Source: Candidatus Daviesbacteria bacterium (lineage in GTDB: Bacteria > Patescibacteriota > Microgenomatia > Daviesbacterales > UBA10151). Taken from it: DNA of 64,000 nt. Where the stretch lies: positions 212,368 to 276,367 of the forward strand of contig CP066688.1 in the NCBI GenBank assembly GCA_016432425.1, in the 5' to 3' direction. The notes below the pieces were generated by a model. That model saw only the letters and a program-made list of their open reading frames with translations, did no database searches and was not told the DNA's origin. A program made the position numbers and the translations under genes. Below, in pieces: positions 47,974-58,816 of this stretch. The stretch's first letter is position 1. Each line of letters starts with the position of its first letter.

Positions 47974-48356
47974 TACACTCTTCTCCTTTTTTTCATCCTG
48001 GGACCATTGTGAGGGATAGGTGTGACATCGGCAATCATAGTGATGTTAATACCTGCTCCCCTTAAAGCCTTAACAGCTGCATCACGTCCAGGGCCTGGAC
48101 CTTTAATATAAACTTCACAAGTGGTTAAACCTAGCTCTTTAGCCTTGCGGGACACATTCTCTACTGCCGAGATAGCAGCAAAGGGGGTAGCTTTTCTGGC
48201 TCCTTTAAAACCAGCCCCACCAGAGGATCCCCACACCAGCGTATTACCCGATAAATCAGTTAAAGTTACAATAGTATTGTTAAAAGTGGCAGTCACATAT
48301 AGTCTGCCGCTGCTTACTCTTTTCTCTACTTTTTTTGTTTTTTTTATGTTTGCCAT
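47973..48356 (-). CDS. rpsK: 30S ribosomal protein S11
   Basis: 127 aa S11 family. Confidence 0.9.
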   Translation of the reverse strand: MANIKKTKKVEKRVSSGRLYVTATFNNTIVTLTDLSGNTLVWGSSGGAGFKGARKATPFAAISAVENVSRKAKELGLTTCEVYIKGPGPGRDAAVKALRGAGINITMIADVTPIPHNGPRMKKRRRV

Positions 48357-48358
48357 TT

Positions 48359-48751
48359 TTATCCTCCTGCTGTCTTAGTTTGAGCTTCTTTGCTTGAGGC
48401 TCCCACGGTTTTTCTTTTACCTCTCCTGGTCCGGGCATTACTTCTGGTTCGTTGGCCCCGAGAAGGCAGACTCCGACGATGCCGCAGCCCCCGGTAACTA
48501 CCAATATCCTCTAATCTTTTAATATTTTGTTCCACTTCCCGGCGTAAATCTCCTTCCACCGCAAATCCTTCTAACGCTTTTTGAATGCGGCTGATTTCTT
48601 CCTCAGTTAAATCAGCAATTTTTTTCAAAGGATCTACCTTGGAACTGGCAATAATTTTTTTAACATTACTAGGGCCAATGCCATACAAATAGGTCAGGCC
48701 AATACTAACTTTTTTATTATTTGGTAAATCTACTCCAAGTATACGTGCCAT
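48359..48751 (-). CDS. rpsM: 30S ribosomal protein S13
   Basis: [11 protein letters not shown]-terminus. Confidence 0.9.
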   Translation of the reverse strand: MARILGVDLPNNKKVSIGLTYLYGIGPSNVKKIIASSKVDPLKKIADLTEEEISRIQKALEGFAVEGDLRREVEQNIKRLEDIGSYRGLRHRRSLPSRGQRTRSNARTRRGKRKTVGASSKEAQTKTAGG

Positions 48752-48872
48752 ATTTTGTTTTGGACTTTTCTGAAAAATCTCCTTCTCGCGAATTATTTAC
48801 TTCTCACGAAAAGTCCAGTTCGACCTCCTTCTATTATTAAGTTAAAATTAAAAAATTCTAAATTCATAATTT

Positions 48873-48989
48873 TTACCCTTGACGCTGCTTATGTTTAGGA
48901 TCACGCGGACAAATTACATACAAAGTTCCCTCGCGTTTGACGATTTTGCAAAATTTACATATTGTTTTGATACTAGCTTGTACTCTCAT
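48873..48989 (-). CDS. rpmJ: 50S ribosomal protein L36
   Basis: Hand translation gives [38 protein letters not shown] (38 aa, C-x2-C...C-x-H zinc ribbon). Too short for the ORF track. Confidence 0.8.
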   Translation of the reverse strand: MRVQASIKTICKFCKIVKREGTLYVICPRDPKHKQRQG

Positions 48990-48990
48990 G

Positions 48991-49230
48991 TTAACCTTTT
49001 ACCCTAAAGGTAATTCTACCCTTATCCAAATCATACTTAGGGCTCATCTCTGCCCTGACTAAATCCCCCACCATCAACCTAATATAATGCATTCTCATTT
49101 TGCCGGAAATATGGCACAAAATTATCCGACCTACCATCTCCGGCAGATCCTTGCTTTCAGTTACCTCTACTCGAAAAAGAGTATTAGGCAAAACTTCTAC
49201 TACTTTACCAATAACTTCAATTGTATCCAT
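48991..49230 (-). CDS. infA: Translation initiation factor IF-1
   Basis: [10 protein letters not shown]...HISGKMR..YIR S1-like motif. Start at the internal MDTIEV. Confidence 0.85.
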   Translation of the reverse strand: MDTIEVIGKVVEVLPNTLFRVEVTESKDLPEMVGRIILCHISGKMRMHYIRLMVGDLVRAEMSPKYDLDKGRITFRVKG

Positions 49231-49283
49231 TAAACTTACACTAAATTTGAACCTATTAATTCTACCAAAACTAGCTGGCACCG

Positions 49284-50036
49284 TCAACCCACTATGGGAT
49301 AAGTTAAAATTTCCGCCTCAGATTTGCCCACAATAATACTTATCTCAAAAAGGCCTGATAAAGACTGATCCGCCGTAGAAATAGTCCAACCATCGCCGTC
49401 TACCACTACTTCAAAATTTCCTTGAGTGTAAATCACTTCAATAGCCAAGGTCATACCAGGTTTCAATTTTAAACCTCTTCCCGGCCTACCGTAACCGGGT
49501 ATTTCCGGCTCTTCATGTAAATCCCGTCCTACACCATGGCCCACTAAACTTCTCACCACCCCATATCCGCCACCCTCAACCTTATTTTGAATAGCGCAGG
49601 ATATATCGCCAATTTTGTTCCCTGCCACTGCCTGTTCAATACCCAACTTTAGAGCTTCTTGACCGACTTGTAAAAACTTTTCTTTGCCTTGATCTTGACC
49701 GACCAAAACAGTCCAGGCACTATCAGTATGCCAACCCTTAAACACCGCTCCAGTGTCAATACTGACTACATCTCCCTCTTTGATTTTTCGCTCTGAAGGC
49801 ACCCCATGGACTACTTCTTCATTAAAAGTAATACAAATGGCATAGTGATAACCTGGCACAGTTTTAAAAGAGGGTTCCCCGCCCAACCTTTTAATTTCCT
49901 CCTCTGCTATTTTATCCAACTCTAAACCAGTTACTCCCACTTTAATTTCTTCCAAAACTTTTTTTAAAACCAGAGAGGTAATTCGGCCGCTTTCTCTCAT
50001 CAGCTCTAACTCTTTTTCCGACCTTGGTTTAACCAT
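49284..50036 (-). CDS. map: Type I methionine aminopeptidase
   Basis: 250 aa. Metal-ligand pattern (D..D..H..E..E). Confidence 0.9.
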   Translation of the reverse strand: MVKPRSEKELELMRESGRITSLVLKKVLEEIKVGVTGLELDKIAEEEIKRLGGEPSFKTVPGYHYAICITFNEEVVHGVPSERKIKEGDVVSIDTGAVFKGWHTDSAWTVLVGQDQGKEKFLQVGQEALKLGIEQAVAGNKIGDISCAIQNKVEGGGYGVVRSLVGHGVGRDLHEEPEIPGYGRPGRGLKLKPGMTLAIEVIYTQGNFEVVVDGDGWTISTADQSLSGLFEISIIVGKSEAEILTYPIVG

Positions 50037-50566
50037 TACAAAATCCCTCTAATATTAGCTTGTATTACTTCCACTATTGGCCGGCCGTCAATCACATGTA
50101 AGATACCCTGTTTTCGATAATAATCTGTAATAGGTTCTGTTTCTTGATGAAACAACCTAATTCTTTCTGCCACTGTCTCCGGGTTATCATCGGAGCGTCC
50201 CCGAACCTGCATTCTTTTGATCGCCTCTTCATCCGGCAGCTCTAAATAAAAAACCTCACTAAAGCGGGGATCGAACAACTTAATTTGATTTAAGGTGCGA
50301 GGATAACCATCTAGCACAAAACCATTTTGACAGTCTTTCTCCCTTAACCTCTTTTCTACCAACTGGGCCATTTTTTCATCCGGGACTAGTTGTCCTTGAT
50401 CTAAAATATCTTTAATCCACAAGCCTTCTTCACTGTTTTCGCTAGCCTTGCTTCGCAAAATTTCCCCCGTCCCCACATAAGGAATTCCCAGGAACTGCGC
50501 CAATGGTTTAGCTTGCGTGCCCTTGCCTGATCCTGCAACTCCAATAAAAAAAATTCGATAGCTCAT
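50036..50566 (-). CDS. adk: Adenylate kinase (short form, no zinc lid)
   Basis: [12 protein letters not shown]-loop. Confidence 0.85.
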   Translation of the reverse strand: MSYRIFFIGVAGSGKGTQAKPLAQFLGIPYVGTGEILRSKASENSEEGLWIKDILDQGQLVPDEKMAQLVEKRLREKDCQNGFVLDGYPRTLNQIKLFDPRFSEVFYLELPDEEAIKRMQVRGRSDDNPETVAERIRLFHQETEPITDYYRKQGILHVIDGRPIVEVIQANIRGIL

Positions 50567-51864
50567 CTGGAATTACCTCTGCTTAAAAAAACTTCATAAC
50601 TTCGCTCCACCAGCTTACTTTCGAAAAGTTTGGCAGTATCCATAATCACTGAGACCACGATCAAAAGCCCGGTTCCACCCAAAATTAAAGTGGTAATACC
50701 GGTAACTTGCGAAGCCAGGGAAGGCAAAATGGCAATGAGACCTAAAAAGATTGCTCCCGCCAAAGTGACTCTCACCAGAATATAATTTAAATAAGCGGCG
50801 GTAGCGCTACCGGGCCGGATACCGGGAATAAAAGCGCCTGATTTTTTAACCTCATCGGCAATTTTAGTGGGGTTAAAAATAACTGCTGTATAAAAATAAG
50901 TAAATCCTACTACCAAACCAAAATAAACTAAATTATAAATTAAACCCTGGGGAGAAAAATTAGCGTTTAACCAATGGCCCAAAAAACTAAGCTGGGGTTG
51001 GTTGGCGCTGGATAAAAATCCCCCTAAAAATGAAGGGATCAATACTAAAGAGATGGCAAAAATAATGGGGATAACTCCAGCTTGATTTACCCGAAGAGGC
51101 AAATAAGTTTTATTACCTCCGGTTTCTCTGCCGCCGATAAAACGCCGGGCATATTCTACGGCAATCTGTCTTCTCCCCTCATTAACATAGACCACTCCCG
51201 CTACCACCAAAACAAAAAGGCCTAAGAAAATTAAATAATTAATAATTTGAGTTTGATCTACCACAGTAACTGTTTGCGTTAATACTACTGGCAAACGGGT
51301 GACAATTCCGGCAAAAATTAGGAGAGATATACCATTACCAATGCCATTTTCTGTAATTAACTCCCCCAACCACATTAAAAATATAGTCCCGGCAGTCATC
51401 CCCACCATGATAGAAAAAACCTGCAGGGGACTGATGCTATTTAAAATCCCCTGATTTTTCAGCAAAGTTACCATCCCAATTGATTGCACCAGCGAGAGTG
51501 GCACTGTTAAATATCTGGTATATTGAGTAATAATTTGACGGCCCATTTCTCCCTCTTTAGATAAAGCTTCCAATTTCGGCACAATCATAGTCAAAAGCTG
51601 CATAATAATTGAAGCATTAATATAAGGATTAAGTCCCAAAGAAATAATGGAAAAATTAACTAAAGTCCCGCCGGAAAAAATATCCAGCAGCCCCAACAGT
51701 TGGTTACTGGCAAAAAGTGCTCTGAGCTGATTTAAATCCACTCCTCCTACCGGAATATGAGCCACCAGACGGGAAATAACAATGATCGCAGCAGTGAAGA
51801 TAATTTTTTTCCGTAGTTCGGCAATTTTAAAAGCATTGATGATCGGGGCAAACAGATCAGCCAT
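50563..51864 (-). CDS. secY: Preprotein translocase subunit SecY
   Basis: 433 aa, 10 TM helices. SecY family. Confidence 0.9.
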   Translation of the reverse strand: MADLFAPIINAFKIAELRKKIIFTAAIIVISRLVAHIPVGGVDLNQLRALFASNQLLGLLDIFSGGTLVNFSIISLGLNPYINASIIMQLLTMIVPKLEALSKEGEMGRQIITQYTRYLTVPLSLVQSIGMVTLLKNQGILNSISPLQVFSIMVGMTAGTIFLMWLGELITENGIGNGISLLIFAGIVTRLPVVLTQTVTVVDQTQIINYLIFLGLFVLVVAGVVYVNEGRRQIAVEYARRFIGGRETGGNKTYLPLRVNQAGVIPIIFAISLVLIPSFLGGFLSSANQPQLSFLGHWLNANFSPQGLIYNLVYFGLVVGFTYFYTAVIFNPTKIADEVKKSGAFIPGIRPGSATAAYLNYILVRVTLAGAIFLGLIAILPSLASQVTGITTLILGGTGLLIVVSVIMDTAKLFESKLVERSYEVFLSRGNSR

Positions 51865-52288
51865 TAATTACTTCTCCTCCGGCTTTTTTTATAGCTTCTT
51901 TAGCAGACTGGGAAGTAGGGAGTTTAACAGTGAGGGGATTTTTTAAATCAGCTGTGCCTAGAATTTTGATACTTCTCTCTGAAGATTTTTGAGGGATGAT
52001 ACCTGTTTTGACCAAAGCCTCCACATCTACTGTTGATTTGGATTTGAAATTTAGCAGTTTTTCTAAAGGAATTGCTAAAACCTTGTCTTTCTTTTGCGGA
52101 TTACCCTTACCCCGACGCAGAGGCAGTTTGCGATATAGGGGCAAACCCCCACCCACGAAAGTAGCCGGAACAGCGCCTCGGGCTTTTTGGCCCTTGCTAC
52201 CCCTGGCAGCAGTTTTACCTTTACCGGAACCTATTCCCCGGCCGATTCTTTTTTTATTTTTTTGTTTAACTTTTGGCAAATTGATCAT
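51857..52288 (-). CDS. rplO: 50S ribosomal protein L15
   Basis: Gly/Arg-rich N-terminus of the L15 family. Directly follows rpsE with no L30 gene. Confidence 0.85.
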   Translation of the reverse strand: MINLPKVKQKNKKRIGRGIGSGKGKTAARGSKGQKARGAVPATFVGGGLPLYRKLPLRRGKGNPQKKDKVLAIPLEKLLNFKSKSTVDVEALVKTGIIPQKSSERSIKILGTADLKNPLTVKLPTSQSAKEAIKKAGGEVING

Positions 52289-52737
52289 TTTCTATTATTA
52301 TCCTTTATCGGGCGTAAGTGTTGCAAAGCTTCAAAAGTGGCATAAACATTAGAAGCTTTATTTTTAGTTCCTAAAATCTTAGAAACAATATCAGTAATTC
52401 CGGCAGCTTCTACCACTACCCTAACCGGACCCCCAGCAATAACTCCGGTTCCGGACGGAGCCGGTTTGAGCAGTATTTTAGCTGCCCCATATTTAATATA
52501 AACCTGATGAGGAATAGTCGTTCCTCTCATGGGGATTTTCACCAAATGTTTCTTGGCATAAGTATTAGCTTTTCTCACTGCTGATTGCACATCTCCTGCT
52601 TTACCCAGCCCCACTCCGATTTGACCTTTTTTATCTCCCACTACCACCAAAACAGAGAGTGACCTTTTATCTCCACCCTTAGTTTTTTTAGAAACTCTAT
52701 TTACTTGCACTACTTTTTCAAAAAATTCATTTTCCAT
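52285..52737 (-). CDS. rpsE: 30S ribosomal protein S5
   Basis: 150 aa S5 family. Confidence 0.9.
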   Translation of the reverse strand: MENEFFEKVVQVNRVSKKTKGGDKRSLSVLVVVGDKKGQIGVGLGKAGDVQSAVRKANTYAKKHLVKIPMRGTTIPHQVYIKYGAAKILLKPAPSGTGVIAGGPVRVVVEAAGITDIVSKILGTKNKASNVYATFEALQHLRPIKDNNRK

Positions 52738-53072
52738 TAAAATTTAAGTCCTCCTTCTCTGGCCCCTCGGGCCACTTCTGCCACCCGTCCATGAAAAATA
52801 AAACCACCCCGGTCAAATACTACCGAAGAGATCTTTTTCTTATCGGCTGCCTCTGCTAACATTTTACCAACCCGATAAGCTTTCTCCTTTTTTGAGCCAT
52901 TTTTAATTTTTAAATCCGAGGCTGCTACCAAAGTTACTGCTTGGCTATCATCAATAATCTGAGCATAAATATGCTGACCAGACCTGAACACTGACAGTCT
53001 GGGGGTTTTGGTATTCCCGCTAATTTGCTGTCTAATTTTATGATGAATTTTGTCTCTTAAAGTTTTTTTCAT
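52737..53072 (-). CDS. rplR: 50S ribosomal protein L18
   Basis: 111 aa L18 family. Confidence 0.85.
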   Translation of the reverse strand: MKKTLRDKIHHKIRQQISGNTKTPRLSVFRSGQHIYAQIIDDSQAVTLVAASDLKIKNGSKKEKAYRVGKMLAEAADKKKISSVVFDRGGFIFHGRVAEVARGAREGGLKF

Positions 53073-53620
53073 GTTGCCCCTCCCACCTTTCCGGCTTTGC
53101 CAGGTTTCTTTCGAATATATTCTCCTTCATACCGAATTCCTTTACCCTTATAAACATCCGGCACTTTAATTTTTTTAATATTGGCTGCTATTTGACCAAC
53201 TAACTGCTTATCTATCCCAGAAACTTTAATTTTTACACTGTCTCTCACTTCAAAATTAATTCCCTCCGGGGCCTGAACTTCAACCGGATGAGAAAAACCA
53301 ACATTTAAAGTCAGTTTATCTCCGCCACCGGCTGCCCGAAAACCCACTCCAAAAAGCTCCAAATTTTTAGACCAACCCTCACTTACTCCCATAACCATAT
53401 TAGCTATCAAATTTCTAATTAAACCATGCAAAGCTCGCAATTTTGGTTCATCATTTTTTCTTTTCACTAAAACTTGACTGTCGTCCACCTCCACATTAAT
53501 TCCCCGATGAATCATTAACTCCAAACTACCTTTTGGTCCAGCAACCACTATTTTACTACCAGTTTTTTCAACGGTGACTGAATTTGGTATTGATATTGGT
53601 AAGTTGCCGACTCTACTCAT
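53069..53620 (-). CDS. rplF: 50S ribosomal protein L6
   Basis: 183 aa L6 family. Confidence 0.9.
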   Translation of the reverse strand: MSRVGNLPISIPNSVTVEKTGSKIVVAGPKGSLELMIHRGINVEVDDSQVLVKRKNDEPKLRALHGLIRNLIANMVMGVSEGWSKNLELFGVGFRAAGGGDKLTLNVGFSHPVEVQAPEGINFEVRDSVKIKVSGIDKQLVGQIAANIKKIKVPDVYKGKGIRYEGEYIRKKPGKAGKVGGAT

Positions 53621-53995
53621 TTAGTGCACCTCCGCCATTACTTCTCCCCCTAAGTTTTTTTGTCTGGCTTCTTTAGTGGTCATCACTCCCGCAGGAGTGG
53701 AAACAATAGTTATCCCCAAACCCCGGTTGTTAGGTAAAAATTTAGCCCCTTTGTAAACTCTCAAGGAGGGTTTGGAAATACTGCGCACAAAAGTTAGAGC
53801 AGGCTCTTTGTTGGTATATTTTAATTCTACAAAAAGAAATCTGCCTTGCTGACTAAAGTTAGTAATGTAACCTTCTTGTTTTAAGAGAGTCAATATGGCC
53901 ACTACTAGCCTGGAATAGTTAACCAGCACTTCTTTTTTGGAAGCTCGGTAACTGTTTTTTATTCTGATTAAAGTATCTGCCACTTTATCTACCAT
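53621..53995 (-). CDS. rpsH: 30S ribosomal protein S8
   Basis: 124 aa S8 family. Confidence 0.9.
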   Translation of the reverse strand: MVDKVADTLIRIKNSYRASKKEVLVNYSRLVVAILTLLKQEGYITNFSQQGRFLFVELKYTNKEPALTFVRSISKPSLRVYKGAKFLPNNRGLGITIVSTPAGVMTTKEARQKNLGGEVMAEVH

Positions 53996-54168
53996 GATGC
54001 CTTTCTGACTCCAGGTAACTCGCCCTTGTGGGCCAGTTCCCTAAAGCAAATCCTACACAGTCCAAATTTTCGCAAATACGCTCTGGAGCGGCCACACCGT
54101 TGGCAACGGTTTTTAATTTGGACTGCATATTTATAATTTTTTTTAACAATATTACTTGTCTTTGCCAT
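53989..54168 (-). CDS. rpsZ: 30S ribosomal protein S14, type Z (zinc-binding, 59 aa)
   Basis: Hand translation gives [59 protein letters not shown]. The ORF-track entry 53985-54173 is a different, spurious frame. Confidence 0.85.
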   Translation of the reverse strand: MAKTSNIVKKNYKYAVQIKNRCQRCGRSRAYLRKFGLCRICFRELAHKGELPGVRKASW

Positions 54169-54169
54169 A

Positions 54170-54712
54170 TCAACTCCTAAAAGGCATTCCTAAATATTCT
54201 AATAATTTTTGACTTTGCTCTTTGTTTTTAGCATCAGCCACTATAGTTACTGCCAAACCTCTAACTTTATCGACATCTTTATAATCTACTTCCGGGAAAA
54301 TAGTTTGTTCTCTAAGACCAATATTTAAATTTCCCTGACTATCAAAAGATTTAAGACTTAGTCCCCGGAAATCCCTGACTTTAGGCAAAACTATATTAAT
54401 AAATTTATCCAAAAAAGCATACATTTTATCTCCCCGCAGAGTCACCATCATCCCCACTGTTTGGCCTTTACCCACTTTAAAAGAGGCAATTGATTTTTTA
54501 GCCAAAGTGACCACCGGCGTTTGGCCGGACAAACTTTTAACATAGGCCCTAGCTTTATCCAAAACTGCCGCATTTTCTTTCGCTTCACCCAAACCAATAC
54601 TGATGATAATTTTGGAAAGCTTAGGCGTAGCCATTTTATTGGTAATATTAAACTCAGCCATCAATTTTGGCTGTACTTCTTCTAAATATTTTTGTTGCAG
54701 TCTATTTGACAT
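54170..54712 (-). CDS. rplE: 50S ribosomal protein L5
   Basis: L5 family. Start taken at MSNRLQQ; the longest ORF reaches 54724. Confidence 0.9.
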   Translation of the reverse strand: MSNRLQQKYLEEVQPKLMAEFNITNKMATPKLSKIIISIGLGEAKENAAVLDKARAYVKSLSGQTPVVTLAKKSIASFKVGKGQTVGMMVTLRGDKMYAFLDKFINIVLPKVRDFRGLSLKSFDSQGNLNIGLREQTIFPEVDYKDVDKVRGLAVTIVADAKNKEQSQKLLEYLGMPFRS

Positions 54713-55025
54713 TTTTACCTCCAATTACTTTTTTGCATTTTTTACAAAATCTTAACTTTTGGCTGCCTTCCATTTTAAAACCTACCCTGGTTATCTTTTT
54801 ACAGTTGGGGCAGATTAAAACCACATTAGAAATATCCATCGGCTTACTAAGATCTAAAATGCCTCCCTCTATATCTCCCTGTTTCTTTACATGCCTTTTG
54901 TAAACATTAAGGCCATTTATCGCAATTTTATTTTTACCAGTTAAAACACGCTCAATAATCCCTGTTTTACCCCGATCTTTTCCTAATAGTATTTGTACTT
55001 GATCACCTTTTACTATCTTTTTCAT
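54702..55025 (-). CDS. rplX: 50S ribosomal protein L24 with a C-terminal CxxC...CxxC zinc ribbon
   Basis: KOW motif VQILLGKDRGKTG. C-terminal CPNCKK...CKKCKK. Start at MKKIVKG; the longest ORF reaches 55136. Confidence 0.85.
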   Translation of the reverse strand: MKKIVKGDQVQILLGKDRGKTGIIERVLTGKNKIAINGLNVYKRHVKKQGDIEGGILDLSKPMDISNVVLICPNCKKITRVGFKMEGSQKLRFCKKCKKVIGGKNVK

Positions 55026-55035
55026 TTTTATCCTT

Positions 55036-55407
55036 TCACCATATCTCCTGAGCGAGTGAGGCAATTTTAGTAAAACCTGCATCTCGGACTTCTCTGGCAA
55101 TGGGTCCAAAAACTCGAGTGGCCCGCAGAGCCCCATCTTTATCTACAATTACAGCAGCATTATCATCAAATTTAATATAAGATCCGTCCTCCCGGCGTCG
55201 TTCTTTTCTAACCCTCACAATAACCACTCTAACTATTTCGCTCTTTTTAACCTGACCATTAGGATCAGCACTTTTTACCACTGCTACTGCCAACTCTGCT
55301 AAACCGGCTTTTCTTTTGCCTGATCCTCCCAAAGGCTGAATAATCTGGACCGCTTTAGCCCCAGAATTATCAGCTACTGTTAATATACTTCTGTGTTGAA
55401 CTGCCAT
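55036..55407 (-). CDS. rplN: 50S ribosomal protein L14
   Basis: 123 aa L14 family. Confidence 0.9.
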   Translation of the reverse strand: MAVQHRSILTVADNSGAKAVQIIQPLGGSGKRKAGLAELAVAVVKSADPNGQVKKSEIVRVVIVRVRKERRREDGSYIKFDDNAAVIVDKDGALRATRVFGPIAREVRDAGFTKIASLAQEIW

Positions 55408-55498
55408 TTTATTTTTGGACAGATTTGGTACGTGTCTTAGACTTCTTTTTGGCTTGATCTGCCAAATTGTCCACTACGACCTTGGTCTGTTTACCTCC
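55404..55498. repeat. Direct repeat copy A (~95 bp, ~90% identical to 55841-55935), covering the 3' end of rpsQ
   Basis: Aligned by eye at an offset of 437 bp: ttttggacagatttggtacgtgtcttagac...gccaaattgtccactacgacct...tctgtttacctcc. Confidence 0.7.
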
Positions 55499-55843
55499 GT
55501 TAATTCCTTGTTTTTCATTTTCTATATTCATAGTAGTATCTTCTTCCTTTTCCTCCGGCATTACTTCTTCTATTTGTTTCTCTGCCTGTTCTTTCAATTG
55601 CACCTGCGCCACTTCGGCAAAATTCTGTCCCAAAACTTTGACAATTTGCCAATGTTTATTTTTAGAAATTGGTTTCACTTTAACAAATTCCACAATGTCT
55701 CCCAACTTTACTCCCATCGGGTCATCAACCAGATACCTTTTAGATCTGGCAAAAACTTTTTGATACAGGGGATGTTTGACAGAAAATTCCAACAACACCA
55801 CTGCTGATTTTTGCATTTTATTAGAAATTACTCGTCCAACCAT
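55409..55843 (-). CDS. rpsQ: 30S ribosomal protein S17 with ~65-aa C-terminal extension
   Basis: [14 protein letters not shown] core of S17. Tail ends [29 protein letters not shown]. Confidence 0.85.
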   Translation of the reverse strand: MVGRVISNKMQKSAVVLLEFSVKHPLYQKVFARSKRYLVDDPMGVKLGDIVEFVKVKPISKNKHWQIVKVLGQNFAEVAQVQLKEQAEKQIEEVMPEEKEEDTTMNIENEKQGINGGKQTKVVVDNLADQAKKKSKTRTKSVQK

Positions 55844-55935
55844 TATTTCTTTTGGACAGATTTGGTACGTGTCTTAGACTGCTTTTTGGCCTTTTCTGCC
55901 AAATTGTCCACTACGACCTTAGTCTGTTTACCTCC
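55841..55935. repeat. Direct repeat copy B, covering the 3' end of rpmC
   Basis: See copy A. Confidence 0.7.
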
Positions 55936-56175
55936 TTTTTTAGATTCATTAACTTCATTTTTAGTTTCTAATTCTTCTAAAAACTGTTTTTGCCTTAACA
56001 CTGTCTGCAAAAGCGCTAATTCTTTTCTTTTTTTAAAGACCGCCTTACGGTCAGTTAATTTATTCATATTTTTATCCAAGATTAAGTCCTGGATCTCTGC
56101 CCGAGCAGTTTTAATTCTTTGAACTAGTTCTTTGTTATCTAAATTTTTAATCTGCTCTACTAAATCTCTTTTCAT
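55843..56175 (-). CDS. rpmC: 50S ribosomal protein L29 with ~45-aa C-terminal extension
   Basis: L29 helical core. Tail ends [30 protein letters not shown], nearly identical to the S17 tail. Confidence 0.8.
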   Translation of the reverse strand: MKRDLVEQIKNLDNKELVQRIKTARAEIQDLILDKNMNKLTDRKAVFKKRKELALLQTVLRQKQFLEELETKNEVNESKKGGKQTKVVVDNLAEKAKKQSKTRTKSVQKK

Positions 56176-56588
56176 GCATTTCTCCTGACAATTTGTGTTT
56201 TAAGCGGCAATTTGTGAGCTGCTAAACGCAAAGCTTCATCAGCTACCTCGCGGCTAACTGCTCCCATTTCAAAAATTAATTGTCCTGGTTTAATAACTGC
56301 CACATAACCTTCTACATCACCTTTACCAGAGCCCATCCGAGACTCAGCCGGATGTTTGGTAATTGGCTTATCCGGAAAAGCTCTAATCCAAATCCTGCCT
56401 CCCCGCTGGGTATAATGCGCCATGGCTCGACGGGCGGCTTCAATTTGGCGGCTGGTAATCCAACCGGAGATCAAGGATTTTAGTCCAAATTGACCAAAGG
56501 ACAAAGTATTATTGCGGGTTGCCACCCCACCTCTTTTCCCTCGAAAAGCTTTGCGATATTTGGTTCTTTTTGGTTGCAGTAGCGCCAT
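56172..56588 (-). CDS. rplP: 50S ribosomal protein L16
   Basis: [11 protein letters not shown]-terminus. Start at the internal MALLQPK. Confidence 0.85.
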   Translation of the reverse strand: MALLQPKRTKYRKAFRGKRGGVATRNNTLSFGQFGLKSLISGWITSRQIEAARRAMAHYTQRGGRIWIRAFPDKPITKHPAESRMGSGKGDVEGYVAVIKPGQLIFEMGAVSREVADEALRLAAHKLPLKTQIVRRNA

Positions 56589-56589
56589 A

Positions 56590-57231
56590 TTAGCCTTCAA
56601 ACTCCCCTCTGTTAATCCAAACTTTTACTCCCACAAACCCGGATTTGGTTAAAGCCGGGAAACTGGCAAAATCAATATCCGATCGCAGAGTGTGCAACGG
56701 GAGGGTGCCGGCAGATTTACCTTCTTTGCGGGCAATCTCTGCTCCCCCAATTCGACCGGCCAGTTTAACTCTGACTCCTTTAGCCCCAGCTCTCATCACC
56801 CGATCAATAGCCTGGTTCATCACCCGGGCAGCTGGTAATCTTCTAATTAGCTGTTCTGCCACCCATTGGGCCACTAAATAAGCAGACAAATCGGCTGATT
56901 TTAACTCCCTGGGAACAATTTCCAGCGCTCCTTCATCTTTAATTTTTAGCTCTTTCATCAAGAATTTTTTAAGCTCGGTCAGCCCGGTGCCACCCCGGCC
57001 AATCAAAACTCCCGGGCGGGCCACATTCACAATCACCCTCACTTTATTAATAGAACGTTCAATTTCTACCAACCCCACCCCGGCTGGTTTTAGTTTATTT
57101 AACAGCAACTCTCTAATTTTTAAATCCTGTAAGACAAACTGTTGGTATTTATCTCTGCCGGCAAACCAACGGGAACGCCAATCAACTCCTACCCCAACTC
57201 TAAAACCAATCGGATGAACTTTTTGACCCAC
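56590..57231 (-). CDS. rpsC: 30S ribosomal protein S3
   Basis: [14 protein letters not shown]-terminus. KH domain. Confidence 0.9.
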   Translation of the reverse strand: MGQKVHPIGFRVGVGVDWRSRWFAGRDKYQQFVLQDLKIRELLLNKLKPAGVGLVEIERSINKVRVIVNVARPGVLIGRGGTGLTELKKFLMKELKIKDEGALEIVPRELKSADLSAYLVAQWVAEQLIRRLPAARVMNQAIDRVMRAGAKGVRVKLAGRIGGAEIARKEGKSAGTLPLHTLRSDIDFASFPALTKSGFVGVKVWINRGEFEG

Positions 57232-57233
57232 GG

Positions 57234-57665
57234 TTACTTACCTTCCTTTCTTGTTTTCCTCGCTCGGGGTCCTGCTCCGCCAGCTGACGGATCACCCCTC
57301 GCTGCTTTTTTAGAAGGAATTTCTTGATTAACTTTTTTTTCATCACTTAATACTATCTTTATATGGCTCATTCTTCTGGCATATGGTTTGGCCCGGCCTT
57401 TAGTTCCGGCTCTAAATCTTTTCATCACAGGAGCTCCGTTTACCTCAATTGACTTAAAATAAATCACCTCATCAACTAAACCTTTTTGACTGGCATTAGC
57501 TAAAGCTGTTTGAATTGCAGCGACCAAATCTTTAGCGCCATAATTTTGAGTAAAGTTCAAAATTTCAATTGCTTTATTTGGCTTTGCTTTGCGAACCATA
57601 TCAACCACCAACCGCAATTTGCGGGGGCTTCTATGTATATATTTTTGTATATGTATTGTTTCCAT
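57234..57665 (-). CDS. rplV: 50S ribosomal protein L22 (with Gly/Arg-rich C-terminal extension)
   Basis: 143 aa L22 family. Confidence 0.85.
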   Translation of the reverse strand: METIHIQKYIHRSPRKLRLVVDMVRKAKPNKAIEILNFTQNYGAKDLVAAIQTALANASQKGLVDEVIYFKSIEVNGAPVMKRFRAGTKGRAKPYARRMSHIKIVLSDEKKVNQEIPSKKAARGDPSAGGAGPRARKTRKEGK

Positions 57666-57949
57666 TATGTTTTCTCCATTGTTCTTTTGGTGACAGTTCC
57701 ATGTCCTTTAAAAGTTCTAGTGGGGGCAAATTCACCCAAACGGTGTCCCACCATAGATTCAGTTACATACACAGTTATAAAATTTTTACCTTGATGAACC
57801 AAAAAAGTTGAGCCCACAAATTCTGGTGGAATCTGAGAGCGTCTAGCCCAAGTTTTAATGGGAGCTTTGGCTCCATCATCTTTTTGTTTTAAGACTTTTT
57901 TCATTAATTTCTCATCAATGTATGGTCCTTTTTTAGATGATCTGGACAT
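57665..57949 (-). CDS. rpsS: 30S ribosomal protein S19
   Basis: SKKGPYID motif. Start at the internal MSRSS. Confidence 0.9.
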   Translation of the reverse strand: MSRSSKKGPYIDEKLMKKVLKQKDDGAKAPIKTWARRSQIPPEFVGSTFLVHQGKNFITVYVTESMVGHRLGEFAPTRTFKGHGTVTKRTMEKT

Positions 57950-58054
57950 TTCTACCAACCTCTACTTTCTGATTGACTTATGTTACCGAAATGTCCAATG
58001 TATATCTTTTTATTGTTAATTTTTATTCTTAAATCTTTAATCATAAATCTTAAA

Positions 58055-58804
58055 TCACTTTCTGCGTTTGACTATATATTTATTAGTCCATTTAGTTTTT
58101 TTTCTGGTCTTACCCACTGCTGGTTTACCATAAATGGTCATGGGTTTCTTCCGTCCAATTCCTGAACGGCCTTCCCCCCCACCATGAGGATGGGAATCAG
58201 GATCCATCGCTACTCCTCTAACCTTGGGCCTCCAGCCAAAATGGCGGCTGCGGCCGGCTTTACCAATAACTATACTGGAATGACCCTCATTCCCCAGCAT
58301 CCCCACTGTCGCCATGGATTTCAAAGATATCATTCTAACCTCTCCGCTGGCTAATTTCAAATGAGCAAAACCTGCTTCTTTGGCCAGAAGCTGCATTCCC
58401 ACTCCGGCAGAGCGGCCCAATTGTCCACCTTTACCCGGAATGAACTCCACATTATGGACAAAAGTTCCCACCGGAATACTGGCTAATTTCATGGCATTAC
58501 CGGTTTTAATCTCCACCTTTTCCCCAGAGGAAATTTTATCCCCCATTTTTAAATTTTTAGGGGCTAGGATATAGCGCCAATCGCCATCACTATATTTAAT
58601 TAAAGCAATATCCACGCTGCGGTTAGGGTCATATTCCATCCCCACCACTTCCCCCACCACATTAAATTTATCTCTTTTAAAATCAATTTCCCGGAAATAT
58701 CTTTTATGTCTCCCCCCTTGACCACGTACTGTTACCCGGCCCCGAGATCGGCCCGCATGTTTTTGCAAAATATTCCTCAAACTTTTTATAGTTACTGTTT
58801 CCAT
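58055..58804 (-). CDS. rplB: 50S ribosomal protein L2 (N-terminally short by ~18 aa relative to canonical L2)
   Basis: [18 protein letters not shown]...[10 protein letters not shown] motifs. The ATG at 58804 is in frame with the upstream L23 ORF across a TAG codon. Confidence 0.9.
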   Translation of the reverse strand: METVTIKSLRNILQKHAGRSRGRVTVRGQGGRHKRYFREIDFKRDKFNVVGEVVGMEYDPNRSVDIALIKYSDGDWRYILAPKNLKMGDKISSGEKVEIKTGNAMKLASIPVGTFVHNVEFIPGKGGQLGRSAGVGMQLLAKEAGFAHLKLASGEVRMISLKSMATVGMLGNEGHSSIVIGKAGRSRHFGWRPKVRGVAMDPDSHPHGGGEGRSGIGRKKPMTIYGKPAVGKTRKKTKWTNKYIVKRRK

Positions 58805-58816
58805 GATTGTAAGATC

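Noticed and set aside
53985-54173. ORF-track 62-aa protein [12 protein letters not shown]...
   Set aside because: Wrong frame. The real gene here is Z-type S14 in another frame (53989-54168).
55415-56122. Plus-strand ORFs 55415-55807, 55467-55763 and 55811-56122
   Set aside because: They are antisense to rpsQ and rpmC. The open frames are a by-product of the Lys-rich (AAA/AAG) coding on the other strand.
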